Shown here in pieces: positions 8,945 through 18,185 of a stretch of DNA of 64,000 nt; positions within the stretch are counted from its first letter, which is position 1; every line of letters starts with the position of its first letter. Both the position numbers and the translations under genes were made by a program. The stretch lies in contig CAXXGI010000001.1 in NCBI GenBank assembly GCA_963674695.2, positions 512,001 to 576,000 on the forward strand. Reading direction: 5' to 3'. This stretch comes from a bacterium. Its GTDB lineage: Bacteria; UBA10199; 2-02-FULL-44-16; JAAZCA01. Under the pieces are notes generated by a model. That model did not search any database and had not been told where the DNA came from. It was given only the letters and a program-made list of their open reading frames with translations.

Positions 8945-10534
8945 TTAGCGGCGGCGGCTGATACGGGCGTGGGCCAGACGCACTGTGGCGAGGCTTAGGA
9001 TCGTGAGGCCGATGATCCACCAGAGGCCGAGCGGGCCCCAGGGAATGCGGGCGCTGTCGGTGGGCATGAGCTGCGATTTGCCGCAGCCGCTAGCCATGGA
9101 GCTCGCTGAGACCAGACCGCTGCCGCCGTCGGTGCCTTCGGCACCGTCCATGCCGCTGCCGCCGTCGACTTCGACGATCTCTTCGCCCTCGTCATCGGTG
9201 CTGCCGGAGGTCATCTCGGGCTCGCTGCCGTCCTGCACGTTTCCACCCGTGGTCGGGATGTCGTAGGGCGTTTGGACGAAGGCGATAGGATACTCATTTT
9301 CTGCCGTAATAGAAAACTCCTGCGATATGGTCGTGGTCCCATTCATGGAGTCGGTGAAGACCATGACCAATGCCCTATTGCGATATTCCGGTGGCAAATC
9401 GTATTCCGTCACACCCTCGCCAACAGCCACCTGAATAGGGAGTCCACCGGACTGATAATGCTCGTCTGAGAAAATAGCTTCAACCTGATGACTTCTGGCA
9501 TCCGAAACAAACAACTCCACACGTCCGAATTCGGTCGGCTCATTCTCAGGAAGGTGGATAAAGACTTTTTTTATTCCGTATTCAATGCTCTCCTCATCAG
9601 CGTCAATATAACTCCACGAATCATCGACGAGTTCCGTAAAGCGTACGTCGCGCATCGCCGCGGAATCGACGCTAATGCCATCAAGGCGAGCCGAGTGGTC
9701 GCCCAACTCTTCATCATAATTATCCTTCACAATCGTCTTAAGCAGACTCGTTCCCCTAAAACCGTTATAGACATGAACACCACGTCTGTTGTTCTCACTC
9801 GCTGAATTGCGAATCTGCACATCGTTCGCTTCAATCCGAATGCCATCGACACATTGCGATGCCGTCACGCCGTCGATAACCGCGGCACTGGAAGCAACGG
9901 TGAGGCAGTTGCTGCCCTCGGCCTTTTCGCCATCGCCGGTGATAGTGACGTCATCCTGAATGGTGATTGTTCCCGAGCCTTCCAGCTTCATGCCGCCCTC
10001 TGCCTGGACGTTTTGAACGATGATGTCAGAGAGAAAAACATCGCCCTCTCCTTCAGGGCTTGCAACGGTCAGAAGGGGCGCAGTTCCTTCATATGAATTA
10101 TCCGCTCGTTGAATATTGATACCACCGATATAGACATCGTCGTTGGTCAACCGAGAAAATGAAAGCCCTTCCGAAAGAGAGAGCGGCTCACTCATGACAA
10201 AGCAGAGGAACCAGGCGGTGACATCCTGGCCATCGATCTGCTTGGTCTGCATGCTTCGCGGACAACTGGGGATGGATTCGTCAATGGATGTATAGTTTTC
10301 GAGAATATGGTCGATCAATTTCTGCTGCGTCCATTGACATTCTGGCTTCATTTGCCAAAATGGAATATCTGCACATTCCGGTACTGGAGTTTCAAGCGCC
10401 GCAAGAATCTCCGCAACATCAATCTTCAAAACATTCTCTGCACAGGGATCCTCTGCGGCAAAGGATTGAACGGGCAGAAACAGGAGCAACAGCACAAATG
10501 GAACCAGAACAGTAGTAATGATGTGTCTCTTCAT
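8945..10534 (-). CDS. Secreted surface protein with right-handed beta-helix region and C-terminal GC-TM-basic sorting tail (MYXO-CTERM-like)
   Basis: Signal peptide; pectin-lyase-like repeats (DGIRIEANDVQIRNS..NNRRGVHV); acidic G/S linker; SGCG, then a TM helix, then RISRRR. Confidence 0.7.
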   Translation of the reverse strand: MKRHIITTVLVPFVLLLLFLPVQSFAAEDPCAENVLKIDVAEILAALETPVPECADIPFWQMKPECQWTQQKLIDHILENYTSIDESIPSCPRSMQTKQIDGQDVTAWFLCFVMSEPLSLSEGLSFSRLTNDDVYIGGINIQRADNSYEGTAPLLTVASPEGEGDVFLSDIIVQNVQAEGGMKLEGSGTITIQDDVTITGDGEKAEGSNCLTVASSAAVIDGVTASQCVDGIRIEANDVQIRNSASENNRRGVHVYNGFRGTSLLKTIVKDNYDEELGDHSARLDGISVDSAAMRDVRFTELVDDSWSYIDADEESIEYGIKKVFIHLPENEPTEFGRVELFVSDARSHQVEAIFSDEHYQSGGLPIQVAVGEGVTEYDLPPEYRNRALVMVFTDSMNGTTTISQEFSITAENEYPIAFVQTPYDIPTTGGNVQDGSEPEMTSGSTDDEGEEIVEVDGGSGMDGAEGTDGGSGLVSASSMASGCGKSQLMPTDSARIPWGPLGLWWIIGLTILSLATVRLAHARISRRR

Positions 10535-10578
10535 CGGCTCACCCCCATGAAACCGTTAACATCAGCATAACTCTATAC

Positions 10579-10594
10579 AGCAACAAGCGTGCCA
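10579..10594 (-). promoter_or_regulatory. Sigma-54 promoter (-24/-12)
   Basis: TGGCACG-CTTG-TTGCT, an exact consensus match, 45 bp upstream of the 10534 ATG. Confidence 0.8.
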
Positions 10595-10759
10595 ACGTTG
10601 AAGTGACCGTGGATCGGAATAAAACAGCGTCATTTCAGGGGGATAGAAATTGTCGGATAAACGCGAGGGGTAGGTTTTGCATTCTGAAAATGTCGGGGCG
10701 TCAAAATGATACCGATGGTAAGGAGATGGGTTGTATAGAGGGAAGACGAATGCAAAAGC

Positions 10760-10840
10760 GAGATCCCCGCTTTCGCGAGGATGACAAAGACACTCGGGGA
10801 TGACAGCAAGCAGGAGATTCTTCGCTTCACTCAGAATGAC
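10760..10840. repeat. REP-like palindromic half-elements
   Basis: GAGATCCCCGCTTTCGCGAGGATGAC and GAGATTCTTCGCTTCACTCAGAATGAC, matching elements elsewhere in the window. Confidence 0.7.
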
Positions 10841-10866
10841 ACAGGCGCGTTCATTGCCGATGCAAC

Positions 10867-13854
10867 CTAGTTAAGATCGCCCATGTCGACGGGGATGGGC
10901 GGAGGAATGCCCGGACTCATCTGCTGAGAAAAATCGATCACCTGTTTCACATAGGCATAGCTCAGCCCGCCGGGATACGAACGGCCTGGAAGCGTAAAGA
11001 CATCGGCATCATATTCAAGATCAATCGTTCGCAAGCTGCGACCATCTCGCAGGAAGGAAAAGGTATCACCCGAATAGGCAATACGCCATTCATCCGGGCA
11101 CATCACGGCGCGGTCATCCTTTCCATCGCCATCAAAATCTGCCGCCATCGGATGACACTTACCCCCGCCATAGACGTTGTCCGGAGGAAGGAACGTAAAC
11201 GAAGCAAAATAATCGCTGACAAACGCCACGCTCCACTTTTCAGATGTATTATCCTTGATCGCCGGAGCGCTCCAAGAGCTGTCAGGATCAAAACGACCAG
11301 GAACCGGAATCGCTTCATTCCCGCCATAGATTGGGTTCGCATACTCCATGATATTAAATGTTCCATTTGGATATGTCAGCCCTACCATTGTCCCTTCATC
11401 GACCAAACCATCCGGATATTTATAACTGAAATACGGAGAATGTTCTGTCATATTCGAATAGTCATGGCCAAAGGCGAGATATGCCCAACCGGGGGCCTGC
11501 GCCAACTCTTCATCGGACAGATATTCGAATTCAAATTCATATCCCGAAAAATTGCTTTCGTCCGTACCACCATAATCGACGCGCCATATGCCATCGGAGC
11601 AGGCAATGGCGATGTCCATAAAACCATCTTCATCGTAATCACCCAACGCTGGGCGGCTGTAGTTGGAGCAGTTCGGACCTGTACGTGTGGTGCAGGAGAG
11701 CGGGTCGAGTTTGAGGTCATCGACCCATTGGGCGCTGTAGTCGAGTTCCCAGTCCCAGCCGTGCCACTCGTTACGGCGCAGGATATCGACATCGGTGAAG
11801 GCGATATAAAAGGTGCCGTGTTCCTTGTCGTAGACCACGAAGTCGCTGCGACCGTCGGCGTTCACATCTTCCACATAGGGCCAGACCCAGCGTCCGTCGA
11901 TGGGATCGTGTGCGATCTCGACATCCCAACTGCCAAACCCATCAGCCGCCTCGCCGATGGACGAGAGGTCGAGCTTCCAGGTGCCGTTGGTCCACTGCAC
12001 GAGGTCAGCACGCCCATCGCCGTCGAAGTCGTAGTGATCGGCAAAGCCGGTCTGCGGCGTGAAGAGCTCTTCGTCCGGACAGATCGGATCGGAGTTCACA
12101 AGATCACCCTCTTTGCAGATGATGCCGATGCCCGCCTGGCGCAGGGCGATCATGCGCTCTTCGGTGAGGATCTCGCCGGAATCGAGCTCGGGATATTCGG
12201 CGCGCATCTGGGCGAGAAAGGTATCGACCGCTGTCATCGCCACATCGATGCGCGGCTGCGTGCCGATGTTGCAGCCCGCATCGGTCTGATTGACCCCCGA
12301 GCCAACGATGATCTCGCGCATCTTGGGCGGCATGAGGTAGCGCTTGTAACCGAGGTCATTGCGCGCATAGCTCTGCACGAGCACCGCCGCACCGCCGACG
12401 ATGGCCGCCGCCGACGAGGTGCCGCCGAAGTTATCGATGAAGTAGCTGTTGATCTCGTCGTTGGGCGGGATCGGTCCCTGCGTGCCGTTCCAGGCATAGA
12501 GACCGTATTCATACCCCGTGGTCACAACGCCCTGCCCCCAGGAGAAACTATTCACGCGGGAACCGCAGTTGGAAAACGAGATCTTCGATTCATTCGCGCC
12601 TTCGCTCGCGCCGACGAGAATGGAACCTGAGTCTTCCACCGACAGATCTTTTGCAAAGGCCCACTCTTCACCGCTGTAGAGTTCGGGGTTATCAAAATCC
12701 ATTGAACCATTGGCAGCGGCGGAAATGACCGTCACACCGTAGGCCGTGGCCTGCTCAATCGCCGCAAAGTCCTCAGGCCACAGCTCGCGCGGCATACATC
12801 CATACTGATCGCTCGCATACACACCGGAACAACCGTCAGCAAACTTCCCCGGGAGCTGCATCTCGATCACCCAGATGGATCCAGGTTCGAGGTCGTCGTC
12901 TAAAATGGTATTTGGATCATCTATGCCGTCCGTCGACGAATTGATCAGACCATATGATCCACCCGACTCATGCAACAAAAACGCATCCGGCGCAAAGCCC
13001 GTGACGCCATGACCGTTATTGAGCGCCACCATCACGCCCGCCACGGCTGTGCCGTGTGCAATGGCCGATTCACAGTTGGGAATCTGTGGTTCAAAGCCCG
13101 GCGCGCAGTCCGGATAGAGGAAAAAGTTTCCGCCCTCGCTATGCCGAGTAGCGATGAGACCCAGGTCCTCGTGGTCGAAGTTCATGCCGTGTTCATTGTC
13201 GACGACGGTCACACCTTCGCCCGTCGCCCCCGCGTTCCAGGCGGCGTGGGCGTTCAACCCCCCGTGTGTCGATTCGGGAAAGAGATATCCCTGCAGGCCG
13301 TCGAGCGCAGGGGTTGCGGCCAGCCCCGAAGGCGAGCCCTGCATGCCGGGATAGACCTTGGTCACGCCCTCCATGCCGCGCAGCTCGTTCAAGAGCGCGA
13401 TGGCGTCCTCGGCGCTGTTCGTCTCGATGTGATAGATGGAATTCCAATCGGTGAGCTGCTTGCCCGAGAGCCGCTCGAGCTTGGCGCGCCGCGCGTCGAC
13501 GATATCGGCGTCGGCTTCAACCGTGCGCACGATGCGCGATTCCGGAAAACGCTTGATCGCGTTTTCAACCGAGGCGATGAGCGCCGCTTTGTTCGTGGAG
13601 GTGGTGAGGGCTTTGGATTCGTTCATGCGCACCGCGAGCGCGTCGTCGAAGTGGACGACCAGATGACCCGCGTAGGCATCGGACTGAATGAGCGCCGCCA
13701 TCGTCGTGTGCTCGCCCGCACCCACGTCCGGTTCCGGAGCACTTTCTGGTGAAGGATTACTTCCGCCACCGCAGGATGCGGATGCGATCATCATCGCCAT
13801 CGCACATGCCAGCAGCGCGGACCGTGTTCCCGTCACATCGGTCAGATGTGTCAT
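10867..13854 (-). CDS. Subtilisin-like S8 serine peptidase lipoprotein with C-terminal FG-GAP/VCBS repeats
   Basis: Lipobox ASASC; catalytic D (VVDNE), H (AHGTAVAG) and S (FGGTSSAA); DFDGDGRAD-type repeats. Start chosen at ATG 13854 after a G-rich RBS. Confidence 0.9.
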   Translation of the reverse strand: MTHLTDVTGTRSALLACAMAMMIASASCGGGSNPSPESAPEPDVGAGEHTTMAALIQSDAYAGHLVVHFDDALAVRMNESKALTTSTNKAALIASVENAIKRFPESRIVRTVEADADIVDARRAKLERLSGKQLTDWNSIYHIETNSAEDAIALLNELRGMEGVTKVYPGMQGSPSGLAATPALDGLQGYLFPESTHGGLNAHAAWNAGATGEGVTVVDNEHGMNFDHEDLGLIATRHSEGGNFFLYPDCAPGFEPQIPNCESAIAHGTAVAGVMVALNNGHGVTGFAPDAFLLHESGGSYGLINSSTDGIDDPNTILDDDLEPGSIWVIEMQLPGKFADGCSGVYASDQYGCMPRELWPEDFAAIEQATAYGVTVISAAANGSMDFDNPELYSGEEWAFAKDLSVEDSGSILVGASEGANESKISFSNCGSRVNSFSWGQGVVTTGYEYGLYAWNGTQGPIPPNDEINSYFIDNFGGTSSAAAIVGGAAVLVQSYARNDLGYKRYLMPPKMREIIVGSGVNQTDAGCNIGTQPRIDVAMTAVDTFLAQMRAEYPELDSGEILTEERMIALRQAGIGIICKEGDLVNSDPICPDEELFTPQTGFADHYDFDGDGRADLVQWTNGTWKLDLSSIGEAADGFGSWDVEIAHDPIDGRWVWPYVEDVNADGRSDFVVYDKEHGTFYIAFTDVDILRRNEWHGWDWELDYSAQWVDDLKLDPLSCTTRTGPNCSNYSRPALGDYDEDGFMDIAIACSDGIWRVDYGGTDESNFSGYEFEFEYLSDEELAQAPGWAYLAFGHDYSNMTEHSPYFSYKYPDGLVDEGTMVGLTYPNGTFNIMEYANPIYGGNEAIPVPGRFDPDSSWSAPAIKDNTSEKWSVAFVSDYFASFTFLPPDNVYGGGKCHPMAADFDGDGKDDRAVMCPDEWRIAYSGDTFSFLRDGRSLRTIDLEYDADVFTLPGRSYPGGLSYAYVKQVIDFSQQMSPGIPPPIPVDMGDLN

Positions 13855-14079
13855 GGGACCCCCCTTCAAAAAATCCGCTTGCTTTTTGCACTATTAGCAC
13901 CCATGTCGCACCGCGGCAAGAGTTTTCCACAGGCTGGGCACCTCCCCTTTTCGCGAGTTTTTTCAAAAAGTTGCGTAGTTTTTGGGGGGAAGTGGGGGTT
14001 GACGGGCGTTATCAGGCAACACAACGTCTTATTCATTGAAATATAAGGAGATATTACAGGCATCGCCGATAACAGCTGT

Positions 14080-15840
14080 CTACGAAAAGAGGCGGTTGAC
14101 GCGCTTTTCATCGATCGGCTTGGGGATGACTGAATCGGCACCGGCGGCTTTGGCGCGGCGTTGGATCTCTTCATCGTCATAGAAGCCCGTGCAGAGGTGA
14201 ACGCTGCGCACGCCCTTGGCCTTGAGATAGGCCACGAGGTCGACGCCGTTGAGGGTGAAGCCTTCGTAGTTGTAGTCAACGATCGCGGTATCGACCCGAG
14301 CATAATCGATATCGCTGCGCGCCTGGACCTCTTCCGCACTTCCGGCGGAACAAACGATGGAACCTCCCTGGGCATCGACGATCCGTTCCCAGTTGCGACG
14401 AACGTCGGCATCGTCATCGGCGATGAGGACGTTCATATGACTGACGTTGATGCTCACCACATCGGCGGTCGTTCTCACGCGATCATCGGCCACCCGATCC
14501 GTGACGACGCAATTCGGAATCCGAATCGTGAACGTCGTGCCCTTGCCCACCTCACTCTCGACAGTGATCGTGCCACCATGCGCCTCGACCACCTGTTTGC
14601 AGTACGCAAGACCAAGTCCGGTGCCGTGTTGTTTGTCGGTGGTGAAGAACTGGTCGAAGATCTTGAGCAGGTTTTCAGGTGAAATTCCACAGCCGGTGTC
14701 AGTGACGGTTATCGACAGCCCCATACTCTCTCGAGTGACATTTACACGCACATCACCACTCGTCCCCCTGATAGCCTTGACCGCATTGCCCATAATATTC
14801 ACCAGGACACGTCCGATTCGGTAGGCATCAAGGCTGGCCGCTTCCAGGCCATCAGCAATGTGACACACAATCCTGACCCCACGATTGCTCACCTTTCGCC
14901 GCACCTCTTCAACCGCCTCATTCAGAACTGTGCGCACATTGACATTGAGTCGCTCGATACGTGAGGCCTTTGAATAATCGACTAATTCATCGGCCATCAG
15001 CTTGAGCTTTTCCACACTTCGACCTGCGGCGGAAGACAAAGCCTGCATGTCCTCATCATCACCTTCATATTTCCTGCAATCAATAAAGGTCTTCAGCACA
15101 GACAGTGGCGAGCGGATATCGTGGGCAATGTGGGAGGACATTTTGCCCATTTCAAAGAAACGTCTATTATCATACGCCTTCTTCGTCAGCATTCGTTCTC
15201 GGTCAATAATTTCAAGCACAGCGATCATTACTTCCTGAATTCTTTTTGACCGAATTTTTCTCGAAAGTGTAATCACTCGCTGTTGCGCAATTCCATCTTC
15301 AGAACATTGCGACAACAACCCAATCATTCGAGACAGATTATATGTATATATGAATAGAGGAAGTTGACCCGCAGCTATAAGCACCGCAACAAGAACCATA
15401 ACAACAACTAGAAGCAAGCTATATTGCCGTAGCGTAGCAGCAATAAAACCCCAACGATCTATCAACACACTAATATTTGCATACTCATGTCCATATGCGC
15501 GAATGACATAGTTATGCTTACGAATAGAACGCTTAGCAGAAGTTTCAGCTGGATATATATTTCCGGCTATCACAGGGGCTAACATTGAATCACCCACACG
15601 CAATTCAACAGCATCGATTCGTGAAGATTTGATTATTTTCAGAAGAGTAACAAGCCTTTCACTATCACTCGCCTTTATGGCATCGACAAACTCATCATTC
15701 AACGTCTCAACCTTAACGCTGGTAGCATCTAATACGCTCTTCTTCTCCAAATGCACAATCACCCCACTTGCTATGACGGTTACCATGAGAGCAAGGAGAG
15801 CTACAGTAACACTGCATACTATGATCTGCCTTCTATTCAT
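14080..15840 (-). CDS. Membrane hybrid sensor histidine kinase (2 TM, HisKA, HATPase, receiver)
   Basis: AHDIRSPL H-box, NIMGNAVKA, DTGCG, GTGLGL, C-terminal VLIADDD..IVDY..PKP receiver. Confidence 0.93.
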   Translation of the reverse strand: MNRRQIIVCSVTVALLALMVTVIASGVIVHLEKKSVLDATSVKVETLNDEFVDAIKASDSERLVTLLKIIKSSRIDAVELRVGDSMLAPVIAGNIYPAETSAKRSIRKHNYVIRAYGHEYANISVLIDRWGFIAATLRQYSLLLVVVMVLVAVLIAAGQLPLFIYTYNLSRMIGLLSQCSEDGIAQQRVITLSRKIRSKRIQEVMIAVLEIIDRERMLTKKAYDNRRFFEMGKMSSHIAHDIRSPLSVLKTFIDCRKYEGDDEDMQALSSAAGRSVEKLKLMADELVDYSKASRIERLNVNVRTVLNEAVEEVRRKVSNRGVRIVCHIADGLEAASLDAYRIGRVLVNIMGNAVKAIRGTSGDVRVNVTRESMGLSITVTDTGCGISPENLLKIFDQFFTTDKQHGTGLGLAYCKQVVEAHGGTITVESEVGKGTTFTIRIPNCVVTDRVADDRVRTTADVVSINVSHMNVLIADDDADVRRNWERIVDAQGGSIVCSAGSAEEVQARSDIDYARVDTAIVDYNYEGFTLNGVDLVAYLKAKGVRSVHLCTGFYDDEEIQRRAKAAGADSVIPKPIDEKRVNRLFS

Positions 15841-17228
15841 TGGATATTCTTTATATCAATGTACCCCAGCATGAGATCATCTGAGCTGATATTCTTTATT
15901 CTTTTCGAAATCAGGATTTCACTTTCAACTTGAAATAATGGAATCAGCTGATAATTATCAAGTAACGCTTTATTGGCGCTCCTAAATAATGTCTCTTTTT
16001 TATCTACATCCATTTCTCGCATTGCGGCTGCAATAATAGCTTCATAACGATCATTTTCGATTGTTGTGCATGTAGCATTGTTATCTCTCATGAACATGTT
16101 GAATATATACATCGGGTCAGATAGAACGGCATCAACGCCAAGCAAGACGGAGCCGTAGTTTTTTTCTGGAGAACGGAGATGCTTCTCAAATTCATACATA
16201 TCGACATGTTTAACTGTTACACTCAATCCGGTCGTCCGAGAAAATTTATCGAAATATTGTTTCAACTCGCGAATTTTGTCCGCATAAAGCGTTATCAAGG
16301 TAATCTCTGTTTTTCCTTCATATTTCCTTGCGGGGCACACTTGTTCTATTCGCCCACCAATTGCCCCTGATATTCCAACTGGGAGAACTCCCCCGACATC
16401 ACGATACACTTCCTTTCTTGGAAAAAAGAGTGTGCGCAATTTATCCACATCAGCGCAATTATAAAATACCTTTCTCGCCTCAATGTCTGGCGTATTAAGA
16501 AGAATGATATAGTTTTTCATGATCAAGACATTATATGCGTTCATTTTGTCACTCAGATTTACATCTTTATTATCCTGAGCGACAAATGTTATATCATCAT
16601 AATCATGAAGGGGCTTACCTAATCCAGGACTCCACTTTTCAAAAATAACCGTTCTATACCGAACATTGTCATTGGATTTCAAAACAATACTTTGCTCATC
16701 GAAACTTTCCACATGATATGGAGAGATACCAATCACCACTCTCGAATTAAATGTTTCTGGATCAGCAATGGCAGCTTCATATGACGATAGCTCACCAAGC
16801 AATGAGTGGTAAGGGTTCTGATATTCTATGATGACACATCTTCCACTTATTGCCTTTTTGTGAATTCCATTCGTAAGAACTCTTCTTTCGAACGCACGCT
16901 GTAGATTTGCTATAACATCAGATGCAGTAACCTCCTTTTCGTTGGAGAATTTCACTCCTTCCCTTACGCAAAAACTAAACCGTTTGAAGTCGTTGCTAAC
17001 ACTCCATTCCTTCAGGATATTTGATCCATATGTGTATTTGGTTTTTTTGTAGAATAAGGGTTCATGCAATTGTTTTAATATGTACAATTTATAATTTGCA
17101 TTCGCGTCAAGGGGATCAAGTACGGCTGGATAAAATGTCATAGCGGCTCTAAATACATTGCCACCCGTATTGCACGATGCAATCACGGCGATCATTGCGA
17201 TGACGATGGCTCTTTTTATTATTTCCAC
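15837..17228 (-). CDS. Orphan family-5 (Opp/Dpp-like) solute-binding lipoprotein
   Basis: Lipobox IASC; LDP..LHEPL..W.VS.D...F.VREGVKFSN..VTASDV; IPLFQ. No permease or ATPase gene is adjacent, and it overlaps the HK start by 4 bp. Confidence 0.85.
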   Translation of the reverse strand: MEIIKRAIVIAMIAVIASCNTGGNVFRAAMTFYPAVLDPLDANANYKLYILKQLHEPLFYKKTKYTYGSNILKEWSVSNDFKRFSFCVREGVKFSNEKEVTASDVIANLQRAFERRVLTNGIHKKAISGRCVIIEYQNPYHSLLGELSSYEAAIADPETFNSRVVIGISPYHVESFDEQSIVLKSNDNVRYRTVIFEKWSPGLGKPLHDYDDITFVAQDNKDVNLSDKMNAYNVLIMKNYIILLNTPDIEARKVFYNCADVDKLRTLFFPRKEVYRDVGGVLPVGISGAIGGRIEQVCPARKYEGKTEITLITLYADKIRELKQYFDKFSRTTGLSVTVKHVDMYEFEKHLRSPEKNYGSVLLGVDAVLSDPMYIFNMFMRDNNATCTTIENDRYEAIIAAAMREMDVDKKETLFRSANKALLDNYQLIPLFQVESEILISKRIKNISSDDLMLGYIDIKNIQ

Positions 17229-17995
17229 TTAGACATCCTTACAAAAAATGGTTGAAAGCCGTTGTTCATAAAATAACGCAATGACAACTTATGAACAGCA
17301 TTGATACCGACAAAGAATGGTGGCTTATGTTCTGCCATTACCCTGGCAACTGACAAGGCAGCGCTATGATGTACAGCATTTTGCACGCGATCTGACAGCC
17401 ATATATAGGTTATAAGATTGTATTTTTCGAGATACTTATATGCCTGCATTTTCATAACACCGACATAACCCACAAGCTCATCGGCGTACATGACGAAACA
17501 ATGATCGATATCCTTTGCTGTTGGCTCAAAGATATCCATCACCGCTTTGTTGATTTCTTCGTATCCCTTTATCATGTAGCGCCTATCATTACCTAGCTTA
17601 CGGAGAAATTCTCTGCCCAGCTCACTTGAATATTCCGTGATGCATTTGACAGCAACAGACTCTCCATTGGTGTCCGCAACCTCAATGCCTGAATGCTTGA
17701 GACACATGATCTTGTTCACAGTGTGATCATCGTCTCGAAATAATGCCGAAACATTTGGAATTGGTTTGTTAAACTTGAGATTCACATCAATCCCATCACG
17801 ACGTTGCATAGATCTGAAGTCATCAACAATGCCACCGTTCAGCACGAAGTCTTGATCAAGGCAATACGCATCAATTGATGCGCCTGTATTTGTCCATACT
17901 AGTGGAGCATCAAAATGAATTGAACTTTCATTGATGCTGTTCATAAACGAATGAACAAATGATGACCCAATATTACCCACATGATAGTTCATCAT
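17219..17995 (-). CDS. Hypothetical protein with C-terminal GNAT-like fold
   Basis: ELVGYVGV...ITYIWL...INAVHKLSLRYFMNNGF resembles degenerate GNAT motifs; AAGGAG RBS. Confidence 0.55.
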   Translation of the reverse strand: MMNYHVGNIGSSFVHSFMNSINESSIHFDAPLVWTNTGASIDAYCLDQDFVLNGGIVDDFRSMQRRDGIDVNLKFNKPIPNVSALFRDDDHTVNKIMCLKHSGIEVADTNGESVAVKCITEYSSELGREFLRKLGNDRRYMIKGYEEINKAVMDIFEPTAKDIDHCFVMYADELVGYVGVMKMQAYKYLEKYNLITYIWLSDRVQNAVHHSAALSVARVMAEHKPPFFVGINAVHKLSLRYFMNNGFQPFFVRMSKWK

Positions 17996-18016
17996 ACTAA
18001 AAACTCCTTCACCTTA

Positions 18017-18050
18017 GGAGCCTCCTTTCGCGTGATTGAAAGGAGGCTCC
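18017..18050 (-). terminator. 13-bp stem-loop directly after the small peptide gene (attenuator or mRNA stabiliser)
   Basis: GGAGCCTCCTTTC...GAAAGGAGGCTCC perfect stem with no immediate U-tract on the minus strand. Confidence 0.65.
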
Positions 18051-18081
18051 CTTGCGTTTTGACGACAACAGCGGTCGCCAT

Positions 18082-18165
18082 TCAGCAATACCCATAATTA
18101 CAAACTATTTTTGGTTTTACTCGTTTTACCTTAGTTTCTTTTGCCTTCTTTTCCTCTTTTTTCAT
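18082..18165 (-). CDS. Putative RiPP precursor peptide, 27 aa: MKKEEKKAKETKVKRVKPKIVCNYGYC
   Basis: Below the ORF-track cutoff. Strong GGGAGG RBS 4 nt before the ATG, 20 bp after the rSAM stop; Lys-rich leader plus CNYGYC core; followed by a stem-loop. Confidence 0.8.
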   Translation of the reverse strand: MKKEEKKAKETKVKRVKPKIVCNYGYC

Positions 18166-18185
18166 GACGCCTCCCTTGTTGGTGG

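Noticed and set aside
14065-14072. GCCGATAA on the plus strand just past the HK stop
   Set aside because: There is no CGCAAC-type -35 at the right spacing, and it would point antisense into the HK.
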